Assembly: GCA_965112155.1 (NCBI GenBank)
Contig: OZ218108.1
Length of the DNA: 64,000 bases
Reading direction: 5' to 3' (one strand)
Source: Podarcis liolepis
Lineage: Eukaryota
The translations under genes were made by a program, and so were the position numbers. How positions within the stretch are numbered: the stretch's first letter is position 1; each line of letters begins with the position of its first letter. The notes beneath the pieces are model-generated. The model was not told where the DNA came from and made no database searches. It worked only from the letters and a program-made list of their open reading frames with translations. Below, in pieces: positions 58,672 through 64,000 of the stretch.

Positions 58672-59549
58672 TACAGCACATCAGACTGACAGACATATAA
58701 GACGAACCACATGGCAGTGGTGAGCATGTGGAACTCCCTCCCGCGAGAAGTGTGTTTAAAACTGCCAGTGGGGGATGCAAACAGGTTGCTTAGAAGATTT
58801 AAAATACAACTTTCAGAAAATTGAAAATCAATGAAATAAAACCCAGGGAAGGCAGAGTAAGAGACATTCAGCAGCCAGAGCAATAATTCCATTATATATT
58901 ATGTTGCAACTGAGTTACATAATGTTTGATTTTTCAGAGCTTTTCAACTTATTTATTGAAGCCTGCACAAATATGTCATCTGCTTCACCTTACAGAACCA
59001 AGAGCTTGATTAATTACCTTCTCAAGCAACACTAGCTTTATACTACACAACTCATAAGGTACGCACCACAGTAACTTTTAACAGTAGTTTTTCTGAGGAG
59101 AGGAAGAGCTTTATTTTTACTTTTGTGTAAGTTTTGTATGAAAACATTTATAGTGTAACAAATTTATTTGATAAGCATCTCACACTTCCGTAAGATACAT
59201 TAACTCCCCATACTACTAAGACACAATGTGCAGAACTAAATCGGCAACAAGAGAAAAACAGCTTACTTTTAACAGGGCACCCTGGTTTCTATTCCTGAGA
59301 CACAGCCAGCTGTTTGCTTCTGAAAAGCTGATTACATGTTGCTTAAACTAAACTATGAAAGTGTCTGGAAAATAGGATTAACCAATTTAGCAGCGATCAA
59401 AACAAGAGGTTGAAAGAGGTGGTACGTAACCCAGACAGAAAGGGGAAAGCAGTCAGTCACTAGAGGGAATGAATGGGCATTGACAATGAGGCGGGAGGTC
59501 ACTTTCATATGCTAAGGTGAAGACACAGGATAATGCTTAGCATCCCTAT

Positions 59550-59912
59550 TTTCTGTTGCCACATAGTGTTCGTTCTGCACTTGTAAGGAATCAATCTTTT
59601 AGTGCAACAGCACCTATGCTCTGGAACTGCCCGCCCATTGACATTAGGCAGGCAACTTTGCTGCACCTACTAAGAATTTTTTGTGTTTACCCCGATATGC
59701 ATGGTTCGCATACATTTTATTTCCATTTTATTTCTTATTATGCATATCCTGAACTGCTGATTTTATTTATATTTTGTTTTTTTAAAAGTTAAAAGTCAGA
59801 GTTAAAAACAAGTTATTGATAATGTTGATAGACATTTTAGTTTTTAAACTGCTTAGTGATTGTTGTCCGCCGCCCTGCCCCCATAATGGAGTATACAAAT
59901 TCCATTAAATAA
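59550..59912 (+). mobile_element. Old L2 LINE 3' fragment
   Basis: NQSFSATAPMLWNCPPIDIRQA; 3' end TTGTCCGCCGCCCTG...AAATAAA. Confidence 0.6.
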
Positions 59913-62034
59913 AACATGTACCTCCACCCCAGCTGCCTTGGGGGGGGGGAGAGGATGCAACACTTGCCCTAGGCACTGGCAACCCACGCTACACCACTGA
60001 ATGGCAATACACAGGACCCAGCCTAGAAGAGAGCTTTCTCTCATTTTTCTAAGTATCAACTGACGATCTTCAGAAAAAGAGCTAGGTAGATATTTTCACA
60101 CACTGGACACCATAACAAAAGATACACCCTTTCCTGTATTCCCATCTATTTAAGAGGATAGCAAGACATCTGTGACCTCAGTGGACAGACAGGATTATTC
60201 AGAAGGAGAAAGTCCTCAAATGACCTGCTCTTAGCATAAGTTGCTGTTCTTGGCTTTTCCCCTTTCCATCCAGGAACCATGTCCAGAACTGCAACACAGT
60301 TCAGTTGCACCACAGGTGGGTTCCACTAACGAGACAAAATTGTTAACACGAAATGTTTGCCTTTTAAGAGCATTTTCCATTTAGAAAATGAGCATGCCTC
60401 TGCTATCAAAAGTCCGAGAAGCATACTCGCTGAAGAGCTGGCTGTAATAAGTCAGCGAACAGGATGCAACAAAGGAACAAAGGTCACAATGAATTACAGT
60501 ACCTGGAATGTAAGAGGTATAAATATACCACAATAGCTTAATGCGTGTATCTGGATAATGACATTTAAGTGGCACATGCCAACACTGCTGATATTTAACT
60601 CAAAAAAATTATGAAGGAAAACACAACCACAAAATTACAGCAGCATTCTCTAAGTGCATACGAACAACCACTTTACTGAAGTCTAATTTTCTCCAGGTTG
60701 AGCCTCAAAGGCTGAAAATCGTGCAACCTTTAGTACTTTAGTCTGGTAATCTTCCACAACAGGATTACCTAGTTTTATATTTATACAACTCAAGTCATCA
60801 TCTCTCAATGACTCACAATTCTCACAAATCCTGAATTTCACTTTATCCTTTGCCTAGACAGTGGGTACACAGGTTAAGAGCACTTGTCATGATTTTGATG
60901 TCTCAGTACAGAACTATTCTTCCGTCTAAAATCTAAAAAAATAGGCCTGCAAAGAGCAATGGATTCAATGGCTTAGATCCTAAGCTTCAATAACTTCTCA
61001 GGGTGGAAAGTTTCTCATTCAGTGGTGCCATCTGTACAGTACTTTGGAGAAGAATTCCAGGAGAATGAGCAGGAGGACATTACCTCATTGAGAAGTGCAC
61101 CTGTAGGGTAATTAAATCCAGTCAAAAATTACCTAACTGCACCACTGTTCCAATTCCCTCTTTCTCCCTCTCTACCCCATCCCAAAGTATTCAGAATGGT
61201 CCCTCACAATTCTGAGAGAGGTTTTAGTTTTTTTGCAGGGTGGTGGTGTAGAAGGTTGCAGGGGGAAATACGAGGATGGGAAACTTTTCTTCTGTGAATT
61301 TCCTTAAATAGAATTATTTAAGGATCCAAGTGATAATAGTTTTAGTGTTTAAATCCTCATGAATTTAATTTCTGACCTTGTGACCATGCACAGTTAATTA
61401 AAAAGCAAGTACATTTTAAAAATTGTGAATAACTAGCACAATCCCATAACAGAAATATTTAGTTGTGTCTACAGTTGCATTAGGCAATATTGCTAATAGG
61501 CATATAAAATTTTTATGCATCTAAAACTATTATATTCTTTTTTATTATAGGCATGCTGTTCATTGTCTATATTTAGGATCATCTTGTTTAATATTTGCAA
61601 TGTTTCACATAGTGTAGGCAAAGAATTCCAGCATGACAGCAATATTGAAATTATCCAAAAAGCTGTCAAAAGTCTGCACAAGCACTGCCAATCGGTAAAC
61701 AGTGATTACTCAAACCTGAAATCTCTTCCAAAAGCAACAAAAATAAACTTGTTAAGAAGACGTTACATTCCAAGGAAATTATCAAAGAAATTCCATTCAT
61801 CTCCTTCTTTCAATGCATTCTTTATACTGCTAATAATAAACCCTGATTAGGGTTTTTATTAATATATATATATCCATATAATCTTAAATTTATAATTCAT
61901 ATCCTCAAATGAAGCTATAAAAGTAGCATGGATACATTTTCAAATTGTCATATTTCCATAATATTTTTCCACGGTAAGTAATGAACAGCAAAGTTTCCCT
62001 ACTCCAACTGGTTCGCATTCTATAGAATACAGTT

Positions 62035-62404
62035 TATTTACTTATTTCTTACATCTCCATCCCACTTTTTTCTCCAAGGAGCTCAATGTGATGTACATGG
62101 TTCTTACCCTCCTCATTTAACCCCCACAACAACCCTATATGATAGGTTAGGATGAGAGGCAACAACCAGCCCAAGGTCACCCAGTGAGTTTCATGGTCCA
62201 GTGGGGATTTGAACCCTGGTCTCCCAGCTCCTAGTCCCACACTCTAAGCCAGCCTTTCTCAACCTTGTGTCCCTGAATTTTGTTGGACTACAACTCCCAT
62301 CATTCCAGCCACTGGCCCTGCCAGCTAGGAATGACGAGAGTTGTAGTCCAACAACATCTGGGGACCCAAGGCTGAGAAAGGCTGCTGTAACCACACTGGC
62401 TCTC
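62035..62404 (-). mobile_element. Older MIR/Squam3-like SINE interrupted by a MITE
   Basis: Minus strand GGGTTCAAATCCCC box B and TGGGTGACCTTGGGC core; sequence resumes after the MITE at 62385. Confidence 0.75.
62250..62384. mobile_element. hAT-type MITE nested in a SINE
   Basis: CAGCCTTTCTCA...TGAGAAAGGCTG; TSD CTCTAAGC/CTGTAACC. Confidence 0.85.
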
Positions 62405-62444
62405 TAGATTTTACAGAACATTATTCACACCACAGAAACGGGTT

Positions 62445-62633
62445 GCAGCTCAGGGGTAGACCATTTGTTTTGTATTCAGAAGGTCCCAGGTTTAATTTGC
62501 AGCATCTCCAGATAGAGCTAGAAAGACTCCTGTCTGAGACACTGGAGAGCTAGTCTGCCAGTCTGTGTTGACAGTATTGAACTAGATGTACCAATGACCT
62601 GATCACATTACAAGGAAATTTCCTATATTCCTA
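62445..62633 (+). mobile_element. tRNA-head SINE with CR1-like 3' tail
   Basis: GCAGCTCAGGGGTAGA box A, GGTCCCAGGTTTAAT box-B-like, ends ACTAGATG...TTCCTATATTCCTA. Confidence 0.65.
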
Positions 62634-62877
62634 AGGTATAAAACAGTTTAAAATTAAAACAGTTGGCTCTGTGCTGGACAGATATGATTAATGTGGTACT
62701 TTGCCTCATCAAAACATCTGTCTTCACTAGGGATCATATAGCAGATTTATATCGCTAGTCCTGTCTGTATGCATGGTTTCTGTTAAAGAATCCCTGCAAG
62801 AGGCAACAAGGGAGAGGACAAGGAAAGGCAAAACAAGAGGATGAGCTAGCAAGGCAAGAGCCAGGAAGAAGCACGGC

Positions 62878-63120
62878 TTTGGTTAAGAGCGGTAGTCTCG
62901 TAATCTGGTGAACCGGGTTCGCTTCCCCGCTCCTCCACCTGCAGCTGCTGGGTGACCTTGGGCCAGTCACACTTCTCTGAAGTCTCTCAGCCCCACTCAC
63001 CTCACAGAGTGTTTGTTGTGGGGGAGGAAGGGAAAGGAGAATGTTAGCCGCTTTGAGACTCCTGAAGGGGAGTGAAAGGCGGGATATCAAATCCAAACTC
63101 TTCTTCTTCTTCTTCTTCTT
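62878..63120 (+). mobile_element. Squam3-like (MIR/Ther1-related) tRNA SINE with (CTT)n tail
   Basis: Box-B-like GGTTCGCTTCC; core GGGTGACCTTGGGCCAGTCAC; L2-like 3' end TGTTAGCCGC...GGCGGGATAT; (CTT)n tail. Confidence 0.82.
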
Positions 63121-63155
63121 ATATTCTATTTCCAACAGTTTCTAACACTTTAAAG

Positions 63156-63291
63156 CAGGCATGGCCAAACTTGGCCCTCCAGCTGTTTTGGGACTACAAT
63201 TCTCATCATCCCTAGCTAACAGGACCAGAGGTCAGGGATGATGGGAACTGTAGTCGCAAAACAGCTGGAAGGCCAAGTTTGGCCATGCCTG
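63156..63291. mobile_element. hAT-type MITE
   Basis: TIR CAGGCATGGCCAAACTTGGCC; same palindromic core as the other copies. Confidence 0.87.
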
Positions 63292-64000
63292 CATAAAGTC
63301 TTAATGCCATATTTTACATTAGGGGCCTTTCTAATGTTTTCAGATGCATTGCACTTCCTAACCTTGAACATGAAAAGTGGCCTCTGTAGCTGCAATCCTA
63401 CACATACTTCCTTGAGGGTGAGAGGCCCCTTTGGGCCTTTACTCCTGGGTAGACATGAACAGGATTGCCAGAGATGACCTGCACTTTCCAAGTGTATTAC
63501 TCAGCAGTTTATACTCTTGTACATTTTTACTGTACAACTTGCCTTGCTCAGCATACCTAGCCCTTTGCATGGCTGTTTCATTCTGCATTTTAGGTTGCTG
63601 ATGACATTACTGTATTCTGCCCATGATTTCCTTTGCAGAAAGCAATCTTCTACCACCACCTAGCACTTATTACTCTCGTTTAAGGAATAATTTATTCTCT
63701 TACAGCTATTGCAATGCCTTAAGGTCATTGACTGCAAGCTTGGAACATATTGATGATCACTTCCATGCCATACAGAGATGTTATAGATACGTAATGGCAG
63801 GATTTTGATGGAATATTCCATAGTAAAAAGACATAACAAAATATAATCCTGAGAACTGTGACTTTTCAGCACCTTGATTAAATTAACTGCATAGTTTTAT
63901 TACACCACGGGGCCAGTACCTCTGCTCTTCCATAACATAAATCCGTGGATGCAATAAAGGGAGGCTTATTGAGATTACAAGGTGTCCTTGAAGATAATGC

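Overview
Vertebrate nuclear DNA, not prokaryotic. The repeat content (Squam3/MIR-like SINEs, L2 and CR1 LINEs, hAT/Tc1 MITEs) suggests a squamate, probably a lacertid lizard. The window is occupied by the 5' half of the PAM gene (peptidylglycine alpha-amidating monooxygenase) on the minus strand. I resolved 14 coding exons (51954 down to 2684, 1483 nt, all GT-AG, phases join without frameshift). They encode the signal and pro-peptide, the complete PHM monooxygenase domain with all six copper ligands, the His-cluster linker and the alternatively spliced linker 'exon A'. I did not find the PAL exons or a non-coding exon 1/promoter in the window. The introns hold a young 5'-truncated L2 LINE with an uninterrupted RT frame, three solo LTRs with perfect 5-bp TSDs, many MITEs, SINEs and microsatellites. 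Best novelty candidates: (i) two otherwise dissimilar solo LTRs that each carry an open frame from LTR base 2, encoding an acidic/Ser-rich region ending in a shared R-x4-[RK]-[IL]-L-[SC]-W...DS motif (a possible LTR-encoded accessory protein); (ii) a Tc1/pogo-type element with a CpG-rich array of double-hairpin 120-bp units next to the first coding exon; (iii) candidate extra linker exons and intronic poly(A) routes that could give PHM-only PAM; (iv) a 5' leader with five uORFs. Most short ORFs in the supplied track are non-coding noise.
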